The notes under the pieces: generated by a model
What the model was told of the DNA's origin: nothing
What the model saw: the letters and a program-made list of their open reading frames with translations, nothing else
Databases searched by the model: none
In this document: piece by piece, positions 13,871 to 26,605 of the stretch
Layout of the letters: each line of letters starts with the position of its first letter
How positions within the stretch are numbered: position 1 is the stretch's first letter
Program-made: the position numbers and the translations under genes
Assembly (NCBI GenBank): GCA_951406725.2
Contig: OX597817.1
Span: 142,600,001 to 142,664,000, forward strand
Reading direction: 5' to 3'
Source: Octopus vulgaris
Lineage: Eukaryota
DNA: 64,000 nucleotides

Positions 13871-14228
13871 GTGCGGTGAGCTATCAGAAACGTTAGCTTC
13901 GGGGTCGATAAATTAAGTATCAGTTGCGAACTGGGGTCGATCTAATCGATTGGCCCCCTACCACAAAATTTCGGGCCTTGCGCCCAGAGTAGAAAAAGAT
14001 ATTTATTATTCAAAGGCGGCGAGCTCGCAGAAATGTTAACACGCCGGGCGAAATGCTTAGCGGTATTTCATCTGTCTTTACATTCTGAGTTCAAATTCAG
14101 CCGAGGTCGACTTTACCTTTCATCCTTTCGGGGTTGATAAATTAAGTACCAGTTGCGTAATGGGGTTGATCTAATCGACTGGCCCCCTACCCCAAAATTT
14201 CGGGCCTTCGGCCTACAGTAGATGGGAA
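13871..14228 (+). mobile_element. Two tandem tRNA-derived SINEs, family A with tail A1 (first copy internally deleted; second 14015-14228)
   Basis: Head ggcggcgagct.gcagaaa, B-box-like gagttcaaattc, core gtcgactttacctttcatcctttcggggttgataaattaagtacc, tail aaaatttcgggcct..agtaga. Confidence 0.85.
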
Positions 14229-15271
14229 TTCCTACGATTCCAGGCTAACAATTTCATGCGTACTTACCGGAATAAAAATACTGATGTTTAACGATCCTTC
14301 AGTTGAGAAGTGACTGTCACTGAATCCCTAGTTACTGAATGAAACCCACAGATATAAGGACAGATCCGCAGTGCCCTTAAACCACAACAACTACAATGCA
14401 AAATTTCAAAGACAGTACCTCGCTCTGATTTTTTAAAAAAGCAAAAAAAAAAAAAAACAACATAAGTAACCTAGGATTGGTATGAAACGCTTTGGCACAG
14501 CGGTTTTGAGCCACCTAATTAGCATCGCCTATTTGGAATCAGTGATTTGACGCTGAATTAACTGACATCAGACGCTTCTCTCGATCTCCACCCCTCTCTT
14601 TTTATGACTTCTTTCCTCGCTCTCTTTAAATGCCCCTTCTCTCTCTTTCTCTCTGAGCATATTTCTCTTATGTGTATGAAGAAAAGGAAAGCATTTCTGT
14701 CAACTGTTTTCAATTAATAAATTGTAATCTCTCTCCCTCTTTCTCTCTCTATCTTTTTCTCCCTACCCCTCTCTCTGTCTCTGTATCGTTGTTTCTATAT
14801 GTATGTGTATATTTCTGCGTATGAAAGCACCCGCAAGTGGGTGTGTGTGTATGTGTGTGTGTGTGTGTATTTGCTTCCGGAACCCGAAAGCTCTACTCCA
14901 AAACTGGTTCAATATCCAAACATCGGCACCAAAATGTGCCCAATTGTCTTATTCTTATGAGATCCATAACAACTGCTGCACCTCGTTCGAGTCGTCATTG
15001 CACGCTCCTGCCTTGACCACTACTTCAATGTACAGGTATGCTGCTATAGGGTAGCATTGGCAAACATGATGTATTTCGCAACTTCAACTTTTACATTGAA
15101 GCTCATGGAACTGTACCGAGTGGCTGTGGATTTGGTGGAGACAGAGTTGTTTCATGCAGTATGGATCCGATGATGACACCGAGTCCGTAAATCTATTAGG
15201 TATATACACTAGATGTGCCTAATTAGGACTGACCAAGGTATACAATGACAACAACAACAGCAGCAGCAGTA

Positions 15272-15755
15272 GAGGCGCAATGACCCAGTGGTTTGGGCAG
15301 CGGACTCGCGGTTGTAAGAACGCGGTTTCGATTCTCAGACCGAGCATTGTGAGTATTTATTCAGCAAAGACACCTAAGCTCCACGAAGCTCAGTCGGGGA
15401 GAGGTGAACCCCGCTGTACTCTTTCAACACAACTTTCTGTCACTCTTACTTCCTACTTCTGCCACAAAGCAGAGGAACCATGGTGTAACCTACTATGGTT
15501 TGGTAAACTTTCAGACCCTAGTCTAGATTGCGAATCCTCTGTACCCCAGGATGGTTCAGCTCTCCACCCGTTAAAAGCTACCGTTTACGGAATGAGTATA
15601 ACAACGTAGCTTTCGCGCCCGTGCAACCGCCAGTCTATCGCGTGTGGTGGGTGGATCTTCAAGTTGTCACACGCATTCTTAGTAGCTTAAAGTAGGCTCG
15701 AATTGGAGATTATTCTTTGTGGCTAATGGCGTGAGCCCTGATTGGAAGAAGACAA
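15272..15755 (+). mobile_element. tRNA-derived SINE, family C head (to ~15460) with a distinct tail
   Basis: gaggcgcaatgacccagtggtt...cggactcgcgg...ttcgattc; matches 18418 and 55882 over ~190 nt and then diverges. Confidence 0.7.
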
Positions 15756-16019
15756 CAGCAGCAACAACGACATCAAAATGAAAGAACTCCGGTGTAATCG
15801 CTTGACCTGTTACAAAGGGATTCAAAATCTACCTGGAAACACATGTACAGTCTTTACTCTAAAAGAAATAATACACTTTAAGCAATGGTAGTTTTTAGTG
15901 CACCCGAATAGACACGACAGTCACGTCTGGAGCAACTTTAGTCATACGTTATGTTCATTAAGCTGACTTGGGGCTAAACAACTGGAACAGTTGATTTTGA
16001 TTAGGCCATATGATATCTC

Positions 16020-16365
16020 AGAATCTTGGAGATATCTTCTCTGATATACTATACAAGGTGACAAGTTCTATAGAGTTATTTTCTGTGTTATAGCATAAAA
16101 TATATTAGAATCTACTGAGATAATCATTTTCCGTTGTAGCACACAATATATTGGAACCTCAGAAAATGTGTAAATCTATGCAGCTATTTTCTCTGTTATG
16201 TTATAGGATGTGTTGGAGTCTATGGGATATCTTTTCTGTTATATCACACAGAACGTCAGAATCTAATGAGATCTACTTTCCGTTATATCATACAAGATTT
16301 TGGAATCTATGGCAATATCTTCCATTATATCATACAAGATGTTAGATCTTATGAAGATATATCTG
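16020..16365 (+). repeat. Degenerate ~43-bp minisatellite, about 7-8 units
   Basis: Recurrent gaatctatg.gatatcttt.c.gttatatcatacaagatgtt units. Confidence 0.65.
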
Positions 16366-16939
16366 TCATCTCATTCATTCCCCTCTCTCCCTTTCTCTCT
16401 TTCCCTCTCTATATCCACCTTTATCTCTCTTTCTCTCTGTCTCTCTCTCCCATTCTCTCTCTCTCTTTCTTTCTCTCTCTTTCTTTCTCTCTCTTTCTCT
16501 CTCCCCTATTTCTCTTGACGCAGAGTTTTCTCTATTTGCATTCGATTTTCTTTTCAATTCATTATTGCTTTTATTATCTTCATATCAACAAGATGGCGGA
16601 TTCACAGAATAGTTTGAGCGTCGAACAAAATATTTTGTTGTATTCAGGTCTCTTTACTTTTGCTGTATTTAGGCTTCTTTACTTTCCAAGTTCAAATCTC
16701 GCCAAAATGTTGGTCGCTCTTGTCTTTCATACTCACGGAGACAATAAACTAATATATCAGTCAAGTACTTCGATTGATTTAGTTGAATTTTATGTCTCCC
16801 ACAAATCTTCAGGCTTGAACTCGTGTAAGAATTATCTTCAAATCTAGTAAAACTGTGATAGAAGGTTCGATTTCGGGATTGTTGATTTGATCATTATTTT
16901 CCCGTGGGTTACATATCTTTTGCTTCATCTTACTACCAG

Positions 16940-17256
16940 CCCTCTGTCGGTTACGACAACAAAGGTTCCAGTCGATCCGATCAAAGGAACAGCCTGCTCG
17001 TAAAATTAACGTGCAAGTGGCTGAATACTCCATGGACACGTGTACCTATAACGTAGTTCTCAGGGAGATTCAGCGTGACACACCATGTGACAAGACTGGC
17101 CCTTTAAAATACAGGAATTATTCATTTTTGCCAGCTGGGTGGACAAGAACAACGTGAAATAAAGTGTCTTGTTCAAGGATAAAATGTGCTGTCCCGAATC
17201 GAACTCAGAACTTTACGATCGATATCCGAACGCCCTAACCACTAGGCCACGTGCTT
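16940..17256 (-). mobile_element. tRNA-derived SINE with a CORE-like middle and the family-C tail
   Basis: Minus strand cacgtggcctagtggttagggcg...gagttcgatt...ccttgaacaagacactttatttcacg, then a tail homologous to 18605-18783. Confidence 0.75.
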
Positions 17257-17919
17257 TCTCTACTTTATCTTAATAGATTAGGCATGGGATTTTTCAATCC
17301 TAAAGGTGTTTAATGACTAATTTATTAGTCTTAAAAAGTATATAAACTGAGAAACTTTTAATTAAATCCTCATCACTTTGAGGTAATACAAATAATGTCC
17401 TGTTTTAATGGTCGTTGCGAGGATTTCTGAGAAACAGGTATTTTTCAACGTGTTTAATACAGGATCTAACAGATCAAACACCAGTGACTGTGTAGGCATT
17501 CAGTGGATTTAGTTGAACATGGTATAGAAGTACGAAAGATATTGGGCTTTCATGAGTTGCACATGATATAAAAAGAGTACACAGCCTGATGAGGAACAAG
17601 AGGCTGCAGCCTCTTAAATGGTTATTTAATACAACCAAGATAAAGTAATGATATGTAGGCACGGGATATTTTGTTAAGCAACCATAATATACTATAAAGT
17701 ATATCAAATGTTTTTATGAGTCAACACATGTGCTCCTGTGTTAACAGTGCGTTGTATATTATTTTGTTGAGGCTAATACTTCAGAAATCATAGCCAGCAC
17801 TGATTTTTGTGTTTAATATGAAAATTGGTATATCCAATAACCAAACAGCGCTTTGATCATCATCGTAGTTACAACACAATGCATTGTATCTCTTAATCTC
17901 TAAGATTCATTATATTCTT

Positions 17920-18109
17920 ATTTCCTTATTGCCCACAAGAGGCTAAACATAGAGGGGACAAAGAAGGACAGACAAAGGGATTAAGTTGATTACATCGACT
18001 GCAGTGCGTAACTGGTACTTTAGTTATCGACCACGAAAGGATGAAAGGCAAAGTCAACCTCGGCGGAAATTGAACTCAGAACGTAGCGGCAGACGAAACA
18101 CCACTAAGC
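17920..18109 (-). mobile_element. Family A SINE with tail A2, 5'-truncated, 14-bp target-site duplication
   Basis: TTCATTATATTCTT at 17906-17919 and 18118-18131. Confidence 0.85.
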
Positions 18110-18417
18110 TAGTCGCTTTCATTATATTCTTTCATGTGTTCGCTCCAAATCGTTTCCAATATCTGTGAGTATTCTGAATACCAGAGAGCATGTTTCTTTA
18201 CATTTTCGGGAATTTATGCGATATGTCCGAGGACGATTAAAGGGTTGGATGGGTACTGATGAAAGGAAAAAGAACCTTGTAATGGTATATACACCCACAA
18301 CCATTTTCTTATCTTCGATCTCATCGTTTGTTTACATCTGACGTCTCGTATACCAAACTTTGTAGTAAAAATAAATGTTGGCTTTACTTTATATAGAATA
18401 TCTGTAGAGCTAACCTT

Positions 18418-18783
18418 GTGGAGGCGCAATGGCCCAGTGGTTAGGACAGCGGACTCGCGGTTTCGATTCCCAGACCGGGCGTTGTGAGTGTTTATTGAGC
18501 GAAAACACCTAAAGCTCCACGAGGCTCCGGCAGGGGATGGTGGTGATCCCTGCTGTACTCTTTCACCACAACTTTCTCTCACTCTTACTTCCTGTTTCTG
18601 TTGTACCTGTATTTCAAAGGGCCGGCCTTGTCACTCTCTGTGTCACGCTGAATATCCCCGAGAACTATGTTAAGGGTACACGTGTCTGTGGAGTGCTCAG
18701 CCACTTACACGTTAATTTCACGAGCAGGCTGTTCCGTTGATTCGGATCAACCGGAATTCTCGTCGTCGTAACCGACGGAGTGC
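18418..18783 (+). mobile_element. tRNA-derived SINE, family C, near full length
   Basis: A-box-like tggcccagtgg and B-box-like ttcgattcc; near-identical to 55882-56217; tail ends gtcgtcgtaaccgacggagtgc. Confidence 0.9.
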
Positions 18784-19386
18784 TTCCATCCAGAGCTAAC
18801 CTTAACAAGTAATGAGGGAATAAAGTGTTATTTCTCGAACCAAGCCTCTGTTTTGCTTCGACATTAGACAGGGCGATATTTAGATTTGACGAGAGCCGCG
18901 TTACTTTTGGTTCGGTGAATTCCTCTCTCAGAAAAGGAAATAGTAAGTCACTAACTTTACACATTAAAGTCAGTTTATCGACATCAGTGCAACTGACATG
19001 TTATGCATAAATTAAAATATATAAATGTTAAATGCCGATAAAAATAGATACATAAATGTTAAATGCATGAATATTAAATGTTCTACAAGAACGTTAAATA
19101 CCAAAAACTGACAAGTTATACGCACAAAGGTTAAAAGCACCTGTCAATGCAAAAGTTTATCTAAGCTTAAGTAGTGTAAGGTTTATCAACTTACGGCTGT
19201 AAGCATCACTCTATATTATCTACGAAAAGTTTTTGTTTGTTCGTTTGGCATCCGAAAAATAATCATTAACGATCTCCTCAAACTCTATCGTGTTTAGAAC
19301 ATTGTTCTCAGCATCCAATAGTTGCAAAACTATTAGATGCAGAGCTGGTGTGGCTCATTATCAGCGACTATTTGACACATGACCTC

Positions 19387-19462
19387 TATGTATGTATGTA
19401 TGTATGTATGTATGTATGTATGTATGTATGTATGTATGTATGTATGTATGTATGTATGTATG

Positions 19463-19499
<37 letters not shown>

Positions 19500-19528
19500 G
19501 TTTGTCTGCCTGTCTGTCTATTTGTGCG

Positions 19529-19561
<33 letters not shown>

Positions 19562-19620
19562 ATATCTATCAGTCTGTCTGTCTATCTGTCTACCAATTTA
19601 TCTTCTGTCTGTCTATATAT
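19387..19620. repeat. (TATG)n-(TATC)n compound microsatellite
   Basis: Directly visible. Confidence 0.95.
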
Positions 19621-19869
19621 TAACAAGCTAGCTACCTATTATTCTATCTCTTTCTGCCTCTGTCTCTCTTTGCCTGTATACCTGTATGTCCGTCTAACAC
19701 TACCCGCTTTCTCCCTTTCTCTCTCTTTCTCTACTCTCTCTCTCTCCCAGGAATCGTAACCTTCATATTTAAATACATTCTAAGAATTGTGCTAGTACTT
19801 GGAAAGTATAATCTTAGCTATTCCCCGTGGAGTAAAACCACCAGCTGAGATGGAATAAGACTTGATCCA

Positions 19870-21984
19870 TTATTGGAGAAGACTATCAGCGTGGAAGATT
19901 TCCACTTTGAACGCACACTATAATGATATTACGGTACAAATCTGCTGTAGTTTTCTCAACTTCCCTTATTATATCTGCACTACGGACAGTGCATTAATAG
20001 ACAGCGACAGGAAACCTGTGATAATGCGTTATTCTGTTTCCTTGCGAGGCAACAGACCGCAGATGTAAAATCATAGCACTAGTTTCCCCGTCTGCGTTTT
20101 CTTCTTGAGTACAGGAAATCTCCTAAAATGGATGCGACTCACATTACAAGTTTCGTTTCTCTTTGTTGGTCTATCTGTTGTTGCTTTGTAGTCTGGGCTT
20201 CCACACAGGTTCCTAGCATCCAGTGCCAACTCTTCATACCTAACACAAAATGATTTCGGAGACAGTTTCAAAGCAACGATTAAATTCACCATTTTCTTCA
20301 GATCGACTCCAACTCATTGGAACTAAATCCCTGTAGAACCGCCCAAGCATTTAGTTCCAGGCTTTGGTCATCATCGTATTTACAACACAATGCATTTTAT
20401 CTCTCAATGTCGAAGATTCATTATGTTCTTTCGTGTGTTCGTTCCAAATCGTTTCCAATATCTGTGTGTACTCTGAATACCAGGGGGTATTTTTCTTCAC
20501 ATTTTCGGTAACTAAAATTAAATTAGATCTTGCTAACCAAATAAGTATCTGCCTCAGATTTCATAGTTTTTTGTCTTTTTCTTTTATTTCTTTCATTCAC
20601 AAAATCTTCGCTAGATTTACTCAACTATGTGTTAACAGAGAGAAAACATTGTGAAACATTTATATACAGCCAAAACAACCAAAGGGACAGCCGCCTGTCT
20701 AACGGAATTCCATGACTGACCATATAAACTGAAAACTGCACATGGGGTCTTACCATTAAGCCTGGTTTACATTATTACTATAGGGTTGCACTTTGTAGGT
20801 TTCAAAATTAATATCTTCTTTTTCAAGAAATTGTAAAAGAGATGTGACCAGGTTATCAGCCTTATATGAACCAATATAGAGGAAATTTGCAGTTCAGACA
20901 CAACATATACAATAAGAAGCGTAGCAACATTATTACGTCTGGTGTCGTATTTATGGAAATGGATGAGCACTTGACAATATTAAGTTCAACCAGAAAATAA
21001 TTCGTAGCTTGATTGTTTCAGATATTTGGAGAAAATTATGACCGCTTCCAGGATTGCCAAAATATTTTAATTAAATAATTTAATGAAGAATAAGTTCCAC
21101 AATTCCTCAGAAACGTCCGACTTGGATTATGCCCTATGAGATCTCTACTACCTGTAAATGCCCAGTCTTTCTCCCTAGAAATATTTCCATAGCATAATAC
21201 ACTACTTCATTCTTACATTTCTTGTTTTCTTGCCCGCGTCTCTTTCAGCGCTCTCTTCTCTTGAGAAGAGTTCTTATATAGAATATAAAACATCAAAATA
21301 GAATCTCTATGGCCACGGATTTGATCTCGTGTTTTCGTTTTAAATTCTGCTTTTTTATTCAGTTATTTAAGCTATTCTCTCTAGAAAAGTATTATACTGC
21401 ACATCTGGACAAATTGTATAGGAATCAGTTTCTCAAATGTTGCTTACAATTATCCTCATGACTAATGTAAAACAGGAAATTCTTAAAACATTGGCCATGA
21501 TGTAATTTATAACGATGACATTGTCCTAGGTAGGAATCAATGATATTTTTTGATTCGACATACCACAAATGATTTTGACAAAACTAGGAACCTACCTGGA
21601 AGAGTATAGATTACATGAGAGATTTTTCAATATCCGTTCGTCCAACCACTTTGTATCCCATATTCCTATAAAGTTCGTGAAAGTGTTCTCCCAGAGATAC
21701 GTATTTCGAAGGATCCTACCAGATGCATACAAGAAGCGATGATACAACTAACTCCAGAGGAGTGATTTGATACGCTATTCCCATTTCATGTAGATGTAGT
21801 TGGTTGTATGGATGGATCGTCTAATTTAACTCCCATTTTTTCCATTTTTGAAGCAGAGATAAATTCCGTAAGGCATCGTTTCTTTGACAGTGCAGTCAGA
21901 CTCTGTCCACATTCTTGAGAAACATTTTCACTTTCGAGTCCGAATATTCCGTCGCATTCCACGTCCATTGAGGGACATTGAAAT
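19870..21984 (-). pseudogene. Highly degenerate hAT-superfamily (Tip100/ZMYM1-like) transposase remnant
   Basis: Frame-broken minus-strand translation gives motifs in the expected order: LDDPSIQP (~21810), ISHEDNCKQHL (~21450), LAFTGSRDLIG..FL-GIVELI (~21090-21170), SINTTPDV (~20935-20960), HGIPLD (~20705). Confidence 0.55.
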
Positions 21985-22772
21985 CTGAGAAAAAGAAATA
22001 AACAGAAAAGAAACTTAGAGAAACGATGCAGAGAATGGGTAATAGAAACTAGGCCTAGATTATAGTGAATCTAGTGTCACTATCTCATACTCAGCAAAAA
22101 TGTAATCTTTAAATTTGTTTATATTTTGATATGAAAACCACATTTTTAATTATTATACTTTGATGTGGAAGACTTACCCTCCGTCTGACAAGAGATGTCA
22201 TCAAATTATATGTGAAATATATTTGTCAGCTGTTTCTATTCAATGCAACAATGGAGACTTGACATGTCTTGCAGTCTGGAATCTAATAATTAATGCGCAG
22301 AAAACTGACACTTTTCTGCACGAAAACTGTACGATTCCATGGTTATAAAGCTTCTATTATATCCTGTGCTACAGACGATATTTTTTCGCTGACTAAGACG
22401 ACAGACGCGTGTTTGAATTGTACGCAGAGGCATTTTATTAATCTGATCACGATTTTATGAAGCAGAAGCACTGGATTCGTGAGTGTTTGGTTAATACATA
22501 AAAATAAAAACTCAGTACACGGTTGCAAGAATCATATTCCTGACAGATGCTTTATGTGAAACGAATAGCGTGATGTATATCTTACTCAACGTTAATAGTG
22601 TTCGATTTATATGGTTTTTGTAACCAGTTAGCGATTCACTGCAGTGTTACTTGGGCTTTTTGATATTCAAGATATACGAGCGTATTTATAATATTCATAT
22701 TTTCATGTGTGAAACCTCGAGTGTATATAGATGTCTTGAAACCTCGAGTATATAGAGATGTTTTTGTGTCCC

Positions 22773-23212
22773 CCAAACACCTGGAACAATCAAGCTACGA
22801 ATTATTTTCTGGCTGAACTTAATAGTGTCAAGTGCTCATCCGTTTCCATAAATACAACACCAGATGTAACAATGTTGCTAAGCTTCTTATTGTATGATAT
22901 GTTGTGTCTGATAACGTGGCCACATCTTCTACAATTTCTTAAAAAAGAAGGTATTAATTTTGAAACCTATGAAAATAATGTAAACCAGGATTACTGATAA
23001 GACCCCATGTGTAGTTTTTGGTTTTAGTGGTCAGTCATGGAATTCCGTTAGACAGGCGGCTGTCCCTTTAGTTATTTTGGCTTTATATAAACGTTTCACA
23101 ATATTTTCTTTCTGTTAACACATAGTTGAGCGAATCTAACGAAGATTTTGTAAATGAAAGAAATAAAAGACAAAGAAAAAAAACTATGAAATCTGAGGCA
23201 GATACTTATTGG
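22773..23212 (+). repeat. Inverted duplicate of 20538-21029 (hAT transposase segment)
   Basis: Long reverse-complement match, e.g. caatcaagctacgaattattttctgg and cagtcatggaattccgttagacaggcggctgtccc. Confidence 0.9.
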
Positions 23213-23686
23213 GTATATCTTGAATATACAGTTAATAAATATCTATTACTGTTTTAGCTGGAGCAATTTTACTTCTTCGGTTACAGTCTAAAACCAAAAT
23301 CACATACTTGCACACCTCTTACCGCAACTGCCAACTTGCAACCACTGCAATTCTTCCCTTTCAAACATCCGGACGATATCGAAATATCGAAAGTAATTGC
23401 ACGGATCTCACTATGAACATTGTTACATACCATTGATGGTATGCTCATTGACATAATGAAATAGAGAAAATAATTCACATATTTGTCCCAATTCCTCTGA
23501 AAACTCTGGGACTATAGGATCTGAATGTTCCCCAATGAAACCTCATCGACAAATCTACTTCATATTGCAGTGAATCGCAAAAGTGAATCTGTTGTCTCAT
23601 AAATAACGCCTAATATTGAAACAGTCAACGCTAACACTTAATCGTAGAAAAACAATACAGATAAACTGCCGCTGGTGCTGTACAGT

Positions 23687-24021
23687 GAAGGTGCAAGAGT
23701 CAGTGGTTAGAGCGTCGAGCTTACAATCGTGAGTTTATGAGTTCGAATCCCGGACCGGGCTGCATGTTGTGTTCTTGAGCAAGACGCTTTATTTCACGTT
23801 GCTCCAGTTCACTCCGCTGTAGAAATGAGATGCGACGTCACAGGTGCCAAGCTGTATCGGCCCCTTTGCCTTTCCCTTGGATAACACTGGTGTCGTGGAT
23901 AGGGGAAGCTGGTATGCATGGGCGGCTGCTGGTCTTTCATAAACAACCTTGACCGGACTTGCGCCTGGGAGGGTAACTTTCTAGGTGCAATCCCACGGTC
24001 AGTCATGACCGAAAGGGTCTC
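23687..24021 (+). mobile_element. tRNA-derived SINE with a CORE-like middle and its own tail
   Basis: cagtggttagagcg...gagttcgaatccc, then ttgagcaagacgctttatttcacgttgctccag shared with 16940-17256. Confidence 0.8.
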
Positions 24022-24727
24022 AGCGGCAGCTGCTGTACGCTACTCCTGGACAGCTTCTAAACGCCTGGAAGTCCATAGTTTTCATTAAAAACCACAGCCA
24101 CGACTTATAACAAACACTGCAGGAAAATTGGTCCTTAATGAACCTAGTTCTGGTTTGGATGTTATCCTTTACAAGGTGGCAGTTCAGTAAGGAGTAAGTT
24201 TGATCTGCTAAGTGACAGCATGGAGCTATTATTATGGGCCTCTCTAGGGGGGTTAGAACAGTTTCATTTACCATACACTCTGTATACGACACACAATTTA
24301 TGTGATGGAATCTGCACATTACAATACCATATATCAGTAACTGACGTTTGTGTGTGTGTGCATAGGGAGGGTGGGGCTTGCTTCAGCTTCCGAACGAAAG
24401 GAAATATAGTCAATACAAATGACGATTGTAAATATTCATTTAATGTAGCGCCAATATTAATGGTGCTGCATAAAGTTAGGCGGCAGATATCACAGATCAC
24501 GGCACTAATTCAAAGATAATGAGGACGGGATATTTATGACATAAAATATTTATAAGCAGTTAGCAATTACATAGCAAAAGAGGTCAATTGAATTACAGTG
24601 GAAAACATTTAGTATATCCAAATATATGTGCACACCCATACACCCACACACGCACGCACGCACGCACACATACACACACACAAACACATACACACATACG
24701 TTAAACTAATATATCTCTTTGTTGCTT

Positions 24728-24966
24728 ACATACCCGTCTTCGTCGCTTTGTTTTTCTTTTTGTAAATTCTCACTATAGTCGGCATCATAGATCGTTAGCC
24801 ACTACACGGATTATTTTCTCTCCTTGTTTTTTTTTCTCTGTCCCTTTCTGTAGAAGAGCGTAGGCTCGAAACGTAAAAGACTTTTTCTATTCCTGAGCGT
24901 TATACTAATACATCTGTTTCTTTAGTACACCACCTGTCTTCCTCTTTCGTCTTTTTCGTAAACTCT

Positions 24967-24970
<4 letters not shown>
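24728..24970 (+). mobile_element. Family D repeat in partial tandem (tail fragment plus full copy), ending in (TA)n
   Basis: Homologous to 62794-62988 and 33744-33948. Confidence 0.75.
24844..24879 (+). ncRNA. Minimal hammerhead-like motif with a non-canonical CUGUAGA core (family D)
   Basis: cttt-CTGTAGA-a-gagc(gtag)gctc-GAAA-C-GTA-aaag. Confidence 0.55.
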
Positions 24971-25001
<31 letters not shown>

Positions 25002-25295
25002 TATATATATATATATATATAGTTATATGTGTATGCATGCGTATGGTAATAGGACAAGTACATCTCCTTTCGTATTGTATCACATGTGAAGATGAACTAA
25101 ACAGAGATATCTACACACATATGCATGTACCCGTTGCTTATTACACTTAACTCAAACTTCCTTCACTTGACAGATGTGCGTCGACCAGCAGACTGTACAC
25201 ATTCATTCTGTATTCTTCTATAACTGCATCGAGCTATCTTTCAGTCTATTTCTCTTGTTAGAGCTGCCTGTATATTTGTAAATACACACACACAC

Positions 25296-25371
<76 letters not shown>

Positions 25372-25596
25372 TACATATATATATATATACACACACATAT
25401 ATATATATATATATGCACTTTCATATATATATGTAGATAGATACATGTATATATATGCATGTGTGTATGTGTGTACCTGAGGAAACTCTAGGCAATACTC
25501 TGGAACTCAGCTAATGAATTTCATAAGATAATTGCTAATTTCTCTCTCATTTCTTTTCTTATGTATGCACTGCCACGAATAACACACATAACTATA

Positions 25597-25664
<68 letters not shown>

Positions 25665-26234
25665 TTTATGTATGTATGTCTTCCACTAATTAAAGTTTTA
25701 CTATTAGTTTTAAAACACCCCAAAATAGATCAATTTTCACCCGTTACATTTATAACAACATTTAACTACAGTACGAGATTACGCAACGCACTGAGACACA
25801 TAAATAAACGACAAGAGCAGACAACTGATATTCGGGCGGGGGGAAAGAAAGGGAAAAGCATTTAAAAATCAATCAGCAGCGACAAAACTATCCGAGGGAA
25901 ATGTAGACGAACCCATAATTTTATAGAATTATTGTACCTTCTTCGACTTCGTCACTATATATAGCATGCTTATCTAATTTCTCTTCATAATATTTATACG
26001 ATTGCTACGGTCTTCGTAGTGTTTTAGCACTTACTCAATGATGTCAAACATTTATGAGGATTTTCTTCTTAATCCATTCTTACACCGTTTATTACACAGA
26101 CGACTTTTGTAATTTGTCTATATTTCTATGACTTCTCTACTTCCGTATAATTTCCTGTAATCACATAAGTTTACATTTTCAAATATTTCTTTATCATTTT
26201 AAAACTATATGATAAATGATTTAATTTATCTCGC

Positions 26235-26605
26235 CAGCTGTTATATATTTGTTACTTTTTATTCAGTTCAAGATTTTACTGTTCGCACCAACTACCCACC
26301 CTTCAAAGTCATGCATTAGCCTTATGTGTAATTCCTTTAAACACCGCTACAGCCAACATGCCCATACATTCCGAAAGCCACTTCAGTGAAACGACATTCG
26401 CTGAAGTTATATATATTTGAGATTTGGAGACTAGGAATAAGCAAAGCGATTTTAAATGGAATATATTAACAAGATCTAAATCACTTTCCGAAAATATAAG
26501 TATTTCATCTCAGCAATATAGTATTTATGACTATTAGACACTGTAAACATTTTACATACACTCAACAAATAAGGCAATACTGAATTCTTCTACTTGGAAC
26601 ATAAC
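26235..26605 (+). pseudogene. Degenerate GIY-YIG endonuclease region of a Penelope-like element
   Basis: Translations AVIY..., CISLMCNSFKHRYSQHAHTFRK (compare YIGLT..FK.RY..H..SFR), YI*DLETRNKQSDFKWNILTRS, and TLNK. Confidence 0.55.

Noticed and set aside
17586-17615. CTGATGAG followed by the palindrome aagaggctgcagcctctt as a hammerhead
   Set aside because: No GAAA..UH follows the hairpin; the surroundings look more like another decayed hAT fragment (VDLVEHGIEVRKILGFHEL), itself too weak to call.
18214-18964. ORFs of 60-122 aa repeated at 55966..56331 and 39849..40055
   Set aside because: Incidental frames within family C SINE copies.
23281-23620. Minus-strand host exons with GTATGT/GTAAGA donors
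   Set aside because: Candidate frames are interrupted by stops, no consistent acceptor-donor pair exists, and the region adjoins hAT debris.
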